Assembly: GCF_006345805.1 (NCBI RefSeq)
Contig: NW_021831891.1
Location: 1-33,604, forward strand
Source: Octopus sinensis
Lineage: Eukaryota
Reading direction: 5' to 3'
Length of the DNA stretch: 33,604 bases
Shown here: piece by piece, positions 12,020 to 23,739 of the stretch
Layout of the letters: the number at the start of each line of letters is the position of its first letter
Position numbering within the stretch: position 1 is the stretch's first letter
The notes under the pieces: generated by a model
Database searches by the model: none
What the model saw: only the letters and a program-made list of their open reading frames with translations
What the model was told of the DNA's origin: nothing
Translations under genes and position numbers: made by a program

Positions 12020-12081
12020 TCTTTTTACTCTTTTACTTGTTTCAGTCATTTGACAGTGGCCATGCTGGAGCACCACCTTTA
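12020..12081 (-). mobile_element. SINE 3' tail only (5'-truncated insertion)
   Basis: ctttttactcttttacttgtttcagtcatttgacagtggccatgctggagcaccacctt. Confidence 0.85.
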
Positions 12082-12090
12082 TCACCTTAG

Positions 12091-12501
12091 GCTAGGAAAG
12101 ATACTAGAAACTTTTTGGATATAACTATGGGGGCAACAGATTCTGCTCAGGATACTGATTTAGTAGGTATTTATTATCAGAACTTCAATTATAATGATAA
12201 ATTATGATCTAGGAAAGATACTAGAAGCTTTTTAGATATACCTATGGGAGCACCAGATTCTGCTCAGGCTAATGATTTACTAGGTATTTATTTATTATCA
12301 GAACTTCAATTATAATAATAAAGTATGGGCTAAGAAAGATACTAGAAACTGTTTTGATATACCTATGGGGTCACCAGATTCTGCTCAGGCTACTGATTTA
12401 GTAGGTATTAATTTATTATCAGAACTTCAATTATAATAATAAATTATGGGCTAGGAAAGATACTAGAAGCTTTTTTGATATACCTATGGGGTCACCAGAT
12501 T
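12091..12501. repeat. ~120-bp tandem repeat, ~3.4 copies
   Basis: The unit start cta(g/a)gaaagatactagaa occurs at 12092, 12209, 12330 and 12451. Confidence 0.95.
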
Positions 12502-14806
12502 GCTAGAAATAGCATCCAAATCTTCCTCAGATCACACTTTTCTATACTAATGGACCAATGTCAGATCTTATAAATAGTTGCTTGACTTGCAAGATATAGC
12601 AGTCAAATCTTCCTCATATTGCACTTTTCTATTCTAATGGAACAATTTTAGACCCTCTAAATAGTAGCTTCACTTGCTAGAAATAGTAGTCAAATCTCCG
12701 TATTATCACACGTTTCTATTCTAATGGAACAATGTCAGATCCTCTAAATAGTTGTTTTCACTTGCTAGAAATAACTGTAAAATCTTCATCAGATCATATT
12801 TTTCTATTCTAATGGACCAATGTCACATCCTCTAAATAGTTGCTTAACTTGGTTGAAATAACAGTCAAATCTCCCTCAGATCATACTTTTCTATTCTAAT
12901 GGACAAATGTCAGATGCTCTTAATAGTGCTTGACTTGCTCGAAAGAGCAGTCATATCTTAATCAGATCACACTTTTCTATTCTTATGGACCAATGCCAGA
13001 GCCACTAAATAGTTTCTTAACTTGCTAGAAATAGCAGGCAAGTCTTCCTTAGATCACACTTTTCTACTCTAATGGAACAATGTCAGATCCGCAAAATAAT
13101 TGCTTCACTTGCTAGAAATAGCAGTCAAATCTCCCTCAGATCAGACTTTTCTGTTCTAATCGACCAATGTCACGAGCTCTTAATAGTTGCTTGACTTGCT
13201 AGAGAGAGGAAACAAATCTTTTTCAGATCACTCTTTTCTATTCCAATAAACCAATGTCAGACCCTCTAAGTAGTTGCTTGACTTGCTAGAAATAGCAGTC
13301 AAAACATCCTGAGATCACAGTTTTCTATTCTAATGGAAGAATGTCAGATCATCTAAATAAAAGCTTGACTTGCTAGAAATAGCTATCAAATGTTCCTCTG
13401 ATCACACTATTCTACTCTAATGGAACAATGTTAAATCCTCTAAATAGTTGCTTTACTTGCTAGAAATAGCAGTCAAATCTTAATCAGAGCACACTTTTCT
13501 ATTCTCATGGACTGATGTCAGAACCTCTAAATAGTTTCTTGACTTCCTAAAAATAACAGTCAAATCTTCCTCAGCTCATGCTTTTCTATTCTAATGGACC
13601 AATGTCAGCTCCTCTAAATAGATCCTTGACTTGCTAGTAATAGTAGTCAAATCTCAGTATTATCACACTTTTTTATTCTAATGGAACAATATCAGATCCT
13701 CTAAATAGTTGCTTGACTGGCTAGAAATAGAAATTACATCCTCCTCAGATTACATTCTTCGATTCTAATGGAACAATGTCAGAACCTCTAAATAGTTTCT
13801 TGACTTGCAAAAAATAACAGACAAATCTCCATCAGATCAAACGTTTCTATACTAATGGACCAATGTCAGATCCTCAAAATAAGTTGCTTCACTTGCTAGA
13901 AATAGCAATCAAACCTTCCTCAGATCACTTTACTATCCTAATGGAACAATGTCAGATCCTCTAAATAGCTGCTTCTAAAAATAGCAGACAAATCTCCTTC
14001 AGATCACACTTTTCTATTCTAATGGACCAATATCAGATCATCTAAACAGTTGCTAGACTTGCTAGAAATAGCAGTCAAATCTCCCTCAGATGAAACCTTT
14101 CTTTTCTAATGGACCAATGTCAGATCCTCTAAATAGTTGGTTGTCTGGCAAGAAATAGCAGTCAAATCTCCCTCAGATTACAATTTTCTATACTAGTGGA
14201 CCAATATCAGATCCTCTAAATAGTTGGTTGTCTGGCAAGAAATAGCAGTATAATCTCCCTCAGATCACACTTTTCTATTCAAATAGACCAATGTCAGATC
14301 CTCTAAATTAAAGCTGCAATTGCTAGAAATAGCAATCAAAGGTTCCTCACATCACTCGCTTCTATTCTAATGCACCAATATAAGATCTTCTAAATAGTTG
14401 CTTGACTTGCTATAATTGACAGGAAAATCTTCCTTATATCACACTTTTCTATTCTAATGGACCAATGTCAGATGCTCTTAATAGTTGCTTGACTTGCTAG
14501 AAAGAGGAGACAAATCTTCCTCAGATCACACTTTTCTATTCTAATAGACCAATGTCAGATCCTCTAAATAGTTGCTTGCTTTGCTAGAAATAGCAGTCAA
14601 AACTTCCTTTAGATGACATTTTTCTATTCTAATAGACCAATGTGAGATCCTCTAAATAGTTCCTTGACTTGCTAGAAATAGCAGTCAAATCTCCCTCAGA
14701 TCACTCATTTCTATTCTAATGACCAATGTCACATGCTCTTAATAGTTGTTTGAATTTCTAGAAAGAGGAGACAAATCTTCCTCAGATCACACTTTTCTAT
14801 TCTAAA

Positions 14807-15209
14807 GGCTGAAGACGCTTGACCTTTATTCTCTAGAAAAACGACGACGCCGTGGAGATCTCATTCTTGCTCACAACATCATAAGCGGAAAGTATCCTCT
14901 CGAAAGAGCTGTCCTTCACTCCTGCTCCAGAGCGTCGGCTGCGGGGTCATTCCGAAAAGCTCTATCTGCGACGATTTCATCTCAATTGAAGGATAGGGGC
15001 TTTCTCCGTCCAGGTTGCGGATCAGTGGAATAAGCTGCCAGACGAGATGGTGAAGATGCCGATGACCGCTCGGTTCAAAGTCTCCCTTGACCTCAAGTGG
15101 CCTGAACTCTTTACATGAACACCACCCTGTACATAACTCCTTGTCCCCCTACATGGCCTTGCTGTTTGCTTTTTGAGCCAAAAAATCAACTAACTAACTA
15201 ACTAACTAA
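14807..15209 (+). mobile_element. 5'-truncated CR1-group LINE 3' end with (AACT)n tail and CTAAA target duplication
   Basis: Translates to RLKTLDLYSLEKRRRRGDLI...RLRGHSEKL...FSVQVADQWNKLPDEMV...FKVSLD. CTAAA lies at 14802-14806 and 15210-15214, and the paralogous empty site is at ~17209. Confidence 0.93.
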
Positions 15210-18163
15210 CTAAAAGACCAATGACAGATTCTCTAAATAGTTCCATCACTTGCTAGAAAGAGCAGTCAAAATTTCCTTTCGATCAAACTTTTCTATTCTT
15301 ATGGACCATTGTCATGACCTGTAAATAGTTGCTTGATTTGCAAGAAATAGCAGTCAACCTTCCTCAGATCACAATTTTCTATTCTAATGGACCAATATCA
15401 GATATTCTAAATAGTTGCTTCACTTGCAAGAAATGGCGATTAAATCTTCATCAGATTACACTTTTTTATTCTAATGGAACAATGTCAGATCGTCTAAATA
15501 AAAGCTTGATTTGCTAGAAATAGCAGTCAAGTCTTCCTTAGATCACACTTTTCTATTTCAATAGAACAATGTCAGATCCTAATAATAGATGCTTGACTTG
15601 CTAGAAATAGCAATCAAATCTTACTCAGATTACACTTTTCTATTCTAATGGAACAATGTCAAGATATCTAAATAGTTGCTAGACTTGATAGAAATAGCAG
15701 TCAAATCTCCTTCAGATCACAATTTTCTATTCTAATCGACAAATGTCAGATCCTCTAAATATTTGCTTTCCTTGCAAGATGTAGCAGTCAAATCTTCCTC
15801 AGACCACACTTTTCTATTCTAATGGGAGTATGTCAGATCGTCTAAATAAAAGCTTGACTTGCTAGAAATAGCTGTCAAATCTTCATCATATCACTCTTTT
15901 CTACTCTAATGGACCAATGTCAGATCCTCTAAATAGTTACTAGACTTGCTAGAAATAGTAGTCAAATCTTCATCAGATCACATTTTTCTATTCTAATTGA
16001 ACAATGTCAGATCCTCTAAATAGTTGCTAGACTTGACAGAAATAGGAGTCAAACCTTCCTTATATCAGACTTTTCTATTTTAATGGAACAATATCAAATC
16101 CTCTAAATATTAGCTTCACTTGCTAGAAATAACAGTCAAATCTCCCTTAGATCACACTTTTCTGTATTAATGGATAAATTCCAGTTACTCTAAATAGTTG
16201 CTTGACTTGCTAAAAATAGCAGTGAAACCTTCCTCAGATCACACTTTTCTACTCTAATGGAAGAATGTCAGATCGTCTAAATAAAAGCTTGACTTGCTAG
16301 AAATAGCAATCAAATATTCCTCAGATCTCTCATTTCTTTTCTAATGGACCAATGTCAGATCCTCTAAATAGTTCCTTGACTTGCTAGATATATCTATAAA
16401 ATCTTCCTCAGATCAAACTTTTCTATTCTAATGGACAAATGTCAGATGATCTTAATAGTTGCTTGACTTGCTAGAAAGAGGAGACAAATCTTCCTCAGAT
16501 CACACTTTTCTATTTAATAGACCAATGTCAGATCCTCTAAATAGTTGCTTGTCTTGCTAGAAATAGCAGTCAAATCTTAATCAGATCACACTTTTCTATT
16601 CTCATGGACCAATGTCAGAACCTCTAAATAGTTCTTGACTTGCTAAAAAAAAACAGTCAAATCTTCCTCAGCTCACGCTTTTCTATTCTAATGGACCAAT
16701 GTCAGATCCTCTAAATAGTTCTTTGACTTGATAGAAATAGTAGTCAAATCTCTGTATTATCACAATTTTCTATTCTAATGGAACAACATCAGATCCTCTA
16801 AATCCTTGCTTGACTTGCTAGAAATAGAAATCAAATCTTCCTCAGATTACACTCTTCTATCCTAATGGAACAATGTCAAGATCTCTAAATAGTTGCTTGA
16901 CATGCTAGAATTAGCAGTCGAATCTCCCTCAGATCACAATTTTCTATACTAATTGACCAATGTTAGATCATCTAAATATTTACTTTCCTTGGTAGATATA
17001 GCTGTCAAATCTTCCTGAGATCACACTTCCCTACTCTAATGGAACAATATCAGATCATCTAAATAAAAGCGTGACTTGCTAGAAATAGCAGTCAAATCTC
17101 CCTCAGATCACACATTTCTATTCTAATGACCAATGTCACATGCTCTTAATAGTTGCTTGACTTTCTAGAAAGAGGAGACAAATCTTCCTTAGATCACACT
17201 TTTCTATTCTAAAAGACCAATGACAGATTCTCTAAATAGTTCCTTCACTTGCTAGAAAGATGAGTCAAAACTTCCTTTGGATCAAAATTTTCTATTCTTA
17301 CGGGCCATTGTCACAACCTCTAAATAGTTGCTTGATTTGCAAAAAATAGCAGTCAACCTTCTTAAGATCACACTTTTCTATTCTAATGGACCAATATCAG
17401 ATCCTCTAAATACTTGCTTGATTGCTAGAAATAGCAGTCAAATCTTTCTCAGATCACACTTTTCTATTCCAATGGAACAATGTCAAATCCTCTAAATAGT
17501 TGCTTGACTTGCTAGAAATAGCAGTCAAATCTTAATCAGATCACACTTTTCTATTCTCATAGACCAATATCAGAGCCTCTAAATAGTTTCTTAACTTGCT
17601 AAAAATAACAGTCAAATCTTCCTCAGCTCACGCTTTTCTATTCTAATGACTAATGTCAGATCCTCTAAATAGTTCCTTGACTTGCTAGAAATATTAGTCA
17701 AATCTCCGTATTATCACACTTTTCTATTCTAATAGAACAATATCAGATCCTCTAAATAGTTGCTTCACTTGCTAGAAATAGCAGTCAAGTCTTCCCTAGA
17801 TCATACTTTTCTATTCTAATGGAACAATGTCAGATCGTCTAAATAAAAGCTTGACTTGCTAGAAATAGCAATCAAATTTTACTCAGATTACACGTTTCTA
17901 TTCTAATGGAACAATGTCAAGACCTCAAAATAATTGCTAGACTTGATAGAAATAGCTGTCAAATCTCCCTCAGATCACAATTTTCTATTCTAATCGACAA
18001 ATGTCAGATCCTCTAAATATGTGCTTTCTTTGCAAGATGTAGCAGTCAAATCTACCTCAGACAACACTTTTCTATTCTAATGGAAGAATGTCAGATCGTC
18101 TAAATAAAAGCTTCACTTGCTAGAAATAACACTCAAATCTTCCTTAGATCACACTTTTCTGTA

Positions 18164-19829
18164 TCTCTTATTATAAAAGGCAGATTTTATCTGCCTCCCT
18201 TTGTAACTTATAGAAATCTACAATATAGGATTTCTTCAATTACAATTTACCTAGCATTTTTAAGAGTAGAATGCATCGGGTCATGCCAGGTCCAGTTTTT
18301 AAAATTTAAACTCCAATTAAGCAAAATTTACAGAAAACTCACATTCTGGTGTGTATGTCAAATGCTTTTCTTAATGTGGTTTACACCACACGCACACGCA
18401 CACACACAGTGTGCAATGAATAAAATGAAAGTAAATAGCGACAGAGTGATTTGAGGAAGACTAAACTGAAAGTATTTAAACCACTACTCAAAAAATAAAA
18501 AAACACAGGAAACAGAAACAAATAAATACATAACGATTTACTCCTCACACAATTTCTTCAATTAGAGTTTACCTAAGATTTTTCAAAGTACTCCATTCAG
18601 TCATGCCATAATATATTTCTTTCAATTTCACCCCCAATTAAGACAAAATTCGAGAAAACTCAATATTTTAACATTTCACTCCGAAAGCATTGATGTACAT
18701 GTGTGCGTGCGTGAGTGTGTGTGTGTGTGTGTGTGTGTGTTTGATGGGTTGTGCGACACAGAAAGTGTGGTGTGTAAGTGAAGTGCTTTTGTTAGTGTGT
18801 GTAAAGAGACAGACAGAGTGAAAGACAGAAATAACTGAACTTTTTTTATTCACTTTTTGTAGTAAGTGACTGAGAGAGAAAAGAGAGAGAGAGGTTATGT
18901 ATGTATATATGTATGTATGGCTTCAGTGACACACACACACAAAAACACATACCTACGTACACCTAAAGCACGCACACACACACACACAAGCGGAGCGCGA
19001 ACTTCAAAATTTTGGTAGTATTAATTTGCGAGCGTACTTCTAAGCCCGCGTAATTGAAAGTTTTCACTATGATATCATCACGTGCGAAAAAATTCGAAGG
19101 GTTTTGAACAATTGAGATACAGATGTCACGCCTGTATTGAAACCATTGCTAAGCTGCCGTAATTGCTTAATTAAGACTTTGTTTAAATTGAAAGGGGCAA
19201 ATATGTGACGAGGTTGAAAAAAAATACCCCAGAAAAAAAAATGTACTGCTGGTATTTATATAATTCACTACTATTTTGCTACAATGTCATGAAAAAGAAA
19301 AAATTTAGGTATGTAAATCGAATTCGCCACCCCCTTTTCCCCGTTCGCGTTTGTGTAAAAAAAATTATTATTTAAGTTTTAAAAATTATTTACTTTGTTC
19401 AAAAAATATTAATATTAATTAATTTTCAAGAATTATTAATTTTATTCTGTAAAATAGTAATTAATTCATTTATCTGTAAATCCGCGAGGTTGTTACTCAG
19501 GCACCTAGAATGGTAACCTTCAACTAACACTATCTCCTCCGAGACCCTGCGGCGCAAGTTGACCAAAATTGAGAGTATGGTAGAAGAAGGGTTGCTCTTC
19601 CTTCCGTAGAACATAAAATTCAAATCGGACCATGTTAACACCAAAAATTATTTACATCAAAAAGATGCTTTTTTCTATGAAAATCCCTATTTTTTATGAT
19701 TTTTTCACTGCTGTGTCGCCACTTTTCGGTGTATTTCGACCAGAAAAATGTTCACAAAATTTTTACTTTTCAAAATTACAATTCCAGCGGGTCGAAACAA
19801 ACCCGAGCAACGCCGGGCGATACTGCTAG
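18164..19829 (+). mobile_element. Complete non-autonomous Helitron, 1666 bp
   Basis: Starts 5' TC (tctcttattataaaagg) and has a 5' hairpin aggcagat-ttt-atctgcct. The 3' hairpin cccgagcaacgccggg is followed by CTAG. It is inserted between A and T with no TSD, and the empty site is at 16166/16167. No Rep/Helicase ORF. Confidence 0.95.
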
Positions 19830-21438
19830 TTAATGGATAAATTCCAGTTACTCTAAATAGTTGCTTGACTTGCTAAAAATAGCAGTGAAACCTTCCTCAG
19901 ATCACACTTTTCTACTCTAATGGAAGAATGTCAGATCGTCTAAATAAAAGCTTGACTTGCTAGAAATAGCCATCAAATGTTCCTCAGATCACTCGTTTCT
20001 TTTCTAATGGAACAATGTCAGATCCTCTAAATAGTTCCTTGACTTGCTAGAAATATCAATAAAATCTTCCTCAGATCAAACTTTTCTATTCTAATGGACA
20101 AATGTCAGATGATCTTAATAGTTGCTTGACTTGCTAGAAAGAGGAGACAAATCTTCCTCAGATCACACTTTTCTAGTTAATAGACCAATGTCAGATGCTC
20201 TAAAGGACCAATCTCAGATCTTCTAAATAGTTGCTTGACTTGGTAGAAATAACAGTCAAATCTCCCTCAAATGTCAGATGATCTTAATAGTTGCTTGACT
20301 TGCTAGAAAGAGGAGACAAATCTTCCTCAGATCACACTTTTCTATTTAATAAACCAATGTCAGATACTCTAAAGAACCAACGTCAGATCTTCTAAATAGT
20401 TGCTTGACTTGGTAGAAATAACAGTCAAATCTCCCTCAGATGACACTTTTCTCTTCTAATGGACCAATGTCAGATGCTCTTAATAGTTCTTGACTTGCTA
20501 GAAAGAGCAGACAAATCTTCCTGAGATTACACTTTTCCATTCTAATAGACCAATGTTAGATCCTCTAAATAGTTGCTTAACTTGATAGAAATAGTAGCCT
20601 ATACTTCCTCAGATCACATTTTTCTATTCTAATTGACCAATGTCACATCCTCTAAATACTTGCTTGACTTGCTAGAAATAACTGTCAAATCTTAATCAGA
20701 TCACACTTTTCTATTCTAATGGAACATGTCAAATCCTCTAAATAGTTTCTTGACTTGCTAGAAATAGCAGTCAAATCTTAATCAGATCACACTTTTCTAT
20801 TCTCATGGACCAATGTCAGAACCTCTAAAGTTTCTTGACTTGCTAAAAATAACAGTCAAATCTTCCTCAGCTCACGCTAATTGATTTACTTGCTAGAAGT
20901 AGCAGTGAAATCTTCCTCAGCTCACACTTTACTATTCTATTGGAACAATGTCAGATCCTAATAATAGATGCTTGACTTGCTAGAAATAGCAGTCACATCT
21001 CCATCAGATCATACTTTTCTATACTAATGGACCAATGTTATTATCCTCTAAATAAGTTGCTTGACTTGCTAAAAATAACAGTCAAATCTTCCTCAGCTCA
21101 CGCTTTTCTATTCTAATGGACTAATGTCAGATCCTCAAAATAGTTTCTTGACTTGCTAGAAATAGCAGTCAAATCTTCCTCAGATCACACTTTTCTATCC
21201 TAAGGGACCAATGTTAGATCCTCTAAATAGATGCTTGACGTTCTAGAAATAGCAGTCAAATCTCCTTCAGATCACACTCTTCTATTCTAATGGAACAATG
21301 TCCGATCAATTAAATCATTGCTTAACTGCTAGAAATAGCAATCAAATCTAATGGATACAAATTTGTTAACATATTCACCTACAACTGTTTCATTTCACAA
21401 GCAAAATTAAAATTACAAAACATTTATATAAATATATA

Positions 21439-21823
21439 GGCGCAGGAGTGGCTGTGTGGTAAGTAGCTTGCTAACCAACCACATGGTTCCGGGTTCAGTC
21501 CCACTGCGTGTCATCTTGGGCAAGTGTCTTCTGCTATAGCCCTGGGCCGACCAATGCCTTGTGAGTGGATTTGGTAGACGGAAACTGAAAGAAGCCTGTC
21601 GTATATATGTATATATATGTATGTGTGTCTGTGTTTGTCCCCCTAGCATTGCTTGACAACCGATGCTGGTGTGTTTACGTCCCCGTAACTTTGCGGTTCG
21701 GCAAAAAGAGACCGATAGAATAAGTACTGGGCTTACAAAGAATAAGTCCCGGGGTCGAGTTGCTCGACTAAAGGCGGTGCTCCAGCATGGCCGCCGTCAA
21801 ATGACTGAAACAAGTAAAAGAGT
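21439..21823 (+). mobile_element. Best-preserved full-length tRNA-derived SINE
   Basis: A box tggctgtgtgg, B box ggttcagtccc (21492-21502), central (TA)/(TG) spacer, LINE-like 3' end and an aagtaaaagagta tail. Confidence 0.95.
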
Positions 21824-21830
21824 ATATATA

Positions 21831-22075
21831 CGATATATACTTGTATCGCACGTCCCCGATTCGCGCGTGCGCAAACCGGGGACGATACAAGTATACAAGT
21901 ATATATCGTATATATACAAGTATATATCGTATACAAGTATATATCGATACAAGTATATATCGTATATATCGTGCATGCGCCAGTCAGCTCGTTGGATCGG
22001 CTGCCTCCGTCTGGTTAACGCGCACGCGCGTTTGCGCGTGTGCGCAAACCGAGACCACTCTACGATACTAGTACC
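21831..22075. other. CpG-rich foldback / MITE-like sequence of unknown family
   Basis: Perfect 18-bp inverted repeat cgatatatacttgtatcg (21831-21848) / cgatacaagtatatatcg (21945-21962), nested hairpins and tandem (g)tatacaagtatatatc units. Confidence 0.6.
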
Positions 22076-22173
22076 CCTTTTTATATTCTAAATAATTTGC
22101 AATTTCAGAAAATATATTAACTTTGCGTTTTTTTAATTTGATAAATTCTACGGAAACAAACGAAGGTGCCCGA

Positions 22174-22183
22174 GTGACGTCAC
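22174..22183. promoter_or_regulatory. Perfect CRE/ATF-type palindrome GTGACGTCAC, function unproven
   Basis: Motif match only, at the start of a non-repetitive stretch. Confidence 0.25.
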
Positions 22184-22962
22184 ACTTGTTTTACTTTCCT
22201 CCTGACGGCTAATCTTCCTGGAATCTTTTCTGTTCCATTTGGAACTTTGATTTCTCTTCAATCTGGAAATATTTGTCTTGTTTTTTCACTGAAAATTGTT
22301 TATAAGTTTGTGCTTTTATGAATACATATTACTTAAAATGAATTTCGACGAGTAACGATTGTAAACAAGCAGTTTTCTGTATATGAGAGAAGTGAATATG
22401 GACTGCCGTGAAAATATCCAAAAGTTGGTTTTTGTTTTTATTGATAAATCACTGAAATTGAAAGAATTGTGAAAGAAGTCAACAGAAGAATTTCCAGTCA
22501 TAAATTCTCGAAGTTGCTGTTTATCCTCCACCGAAAAAGTAAGAATTTATTAATATTATTGTCAAACCATTTATCTTCTTAAGTTTTGTGTCAATTATGA
22601 TGTATAGGGATAAATATATTGATTCTTAAACAAGAGACCTTTTTCTACCACTCATCTACACACACACCTTTAAAAATAAGTCTATTACTTCAAATGTTAA
22701 TGGTTTCTGTTAAGACTGAGCAATTTTTAAACGAGTTCTTGACTAGAATTTGGTTTGTCAACTTTTAAAATAACTTTCAGTTCTTTAGACATTCACATGA
22801 TTAACAAGGCTAACGTGGGGTGGCTAGAAATAGCAGTCAAATTACTCTCAGATCCATACAAGATCATGCAATTGTTCAGTCTAGGAGCCCAATAACAAAT
22901 CAACTTAGTTGTTTATGAAAGAAGTCGATATTTAGAGAGTGAAAACGTGTTTTTCTTTTTTT

Positions 22963-23085
22963 TTGCTGGAGCACCGACTTTGGTCGAGCAAATCGACCCC
23001 AGGACTTATTCTTTGTAAGCCTAGTACTTATTCTATCGGTCTCTATTGCCGTAAACACAACGCACACTCACACACACACACACAC

Positions 23086-23133
<48 letters not shown>

Positions 23134-23270
23134 GACGGGCTTCTTCAGTTTCCGTCTACCAAATCCACTCACAAGACTATAGTAGAAGATACTTGCCCAA
23201 GGTACCATGCAGTGGGATAGAACCCGGAACCATGTGGTTCGTAAGCAAGCTACTTACCACACAGCCACTC
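22963..23270 (-). mobile_element. tRNA-derived SINE with internal deletions
   Basis: gctggagcaccgac..tcgaccccaggacttattc...(CA)(TA)n...gaacccggaaccatgtggttcgtaagcaagctacttaccacacagccactc. Confidence 0.9.
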
Positions 23271-23414
23271 ATATATATACACATACACACGACTGGTTTT
23301 ATTAATTTTCCAGGAGGGTGGACTGCTAAAAAATGCAGTGGAATCTGGATATGCTAGAAACAGCAGTCAAATCTCTTATATGGAAATCTTCATGTGTATG
23401 TGTGAGTGTGCGTG

Positions 23415-23595
23415 TGTGCTAGTCACCCACCCCCACATTCGCTTGACAACCGATGTCGGTGTGTTTATGTCGACGAAGCTGAGCGCCTTGGCAAAAAGTG
23501 ACCGATGGAATAAGTACTAGGCTTACAAGGAATAAGTCCTGGGATCGATTTGTTTCGACTAAAGGCGGTGCTCCAGCATAGCCGCAGTCAACATG
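23415..23595 (+). mobile_element. SINE 3' module
   Basis: cgcttgacaaccgatgtcggtgtg...aagtcctgggatcgatttg..aaaggcggtgctccagcatagccgcagtcaa. Confidence 0.88.
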
Positions 23596-23739
23596 TGGGA
23601 AAAAAGTCAAAACTGAAGAAGTTGGGTGGGGAAAGGCGGGGACAAAGTTTCACAATGCCGATTTTTGGCAATTTTCCGAAAACGGGGATTTTTGGCAGAC
23701 AAAAAAGGAATTACAAATTAATTTATCACCAAGGAAATA

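Larger units (their letters stand above)
12502..21350. repeat. 87-bp satellite array (~75-80 diverged monomers) interrupted by a CR1 fragment and a Helitron
   Basis: Consensus gaccaatgtcagatcctctaaatagttgcttgacttgctagaaatagcagtcaaatcttcctcagatcacacttttctattctaatg (87 nt) repeated head to tail. The monomer count is estimated from length. Confidence 0.97.

Noticed and set aside
12502-21350. CRISPR-like array
   Set aside because: The whole 87-bp unit repeats with no unique spacers, no cas genes are present, and the context is eukaryotic.
12502-21350. Hammerhead ribozyme in the satellite (CTGAGGA on the minus strand fits CUGANGA and precedes a stem)
   Set aside because: No GAAA closes stem II in the required position and I could not build stems I and III. 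An Infernal or RNAMotif search would settle it.
21439-21510. tRNA gene
   Set aside because: A and B boxes are present, but the sequence continues into a multi-copy SINE body and forms no full cloverleaf.
22316-22531. 71-aa minus-strand ORF
   Set aside because: It is short, has no recognisable domain and has a length expected by chance.
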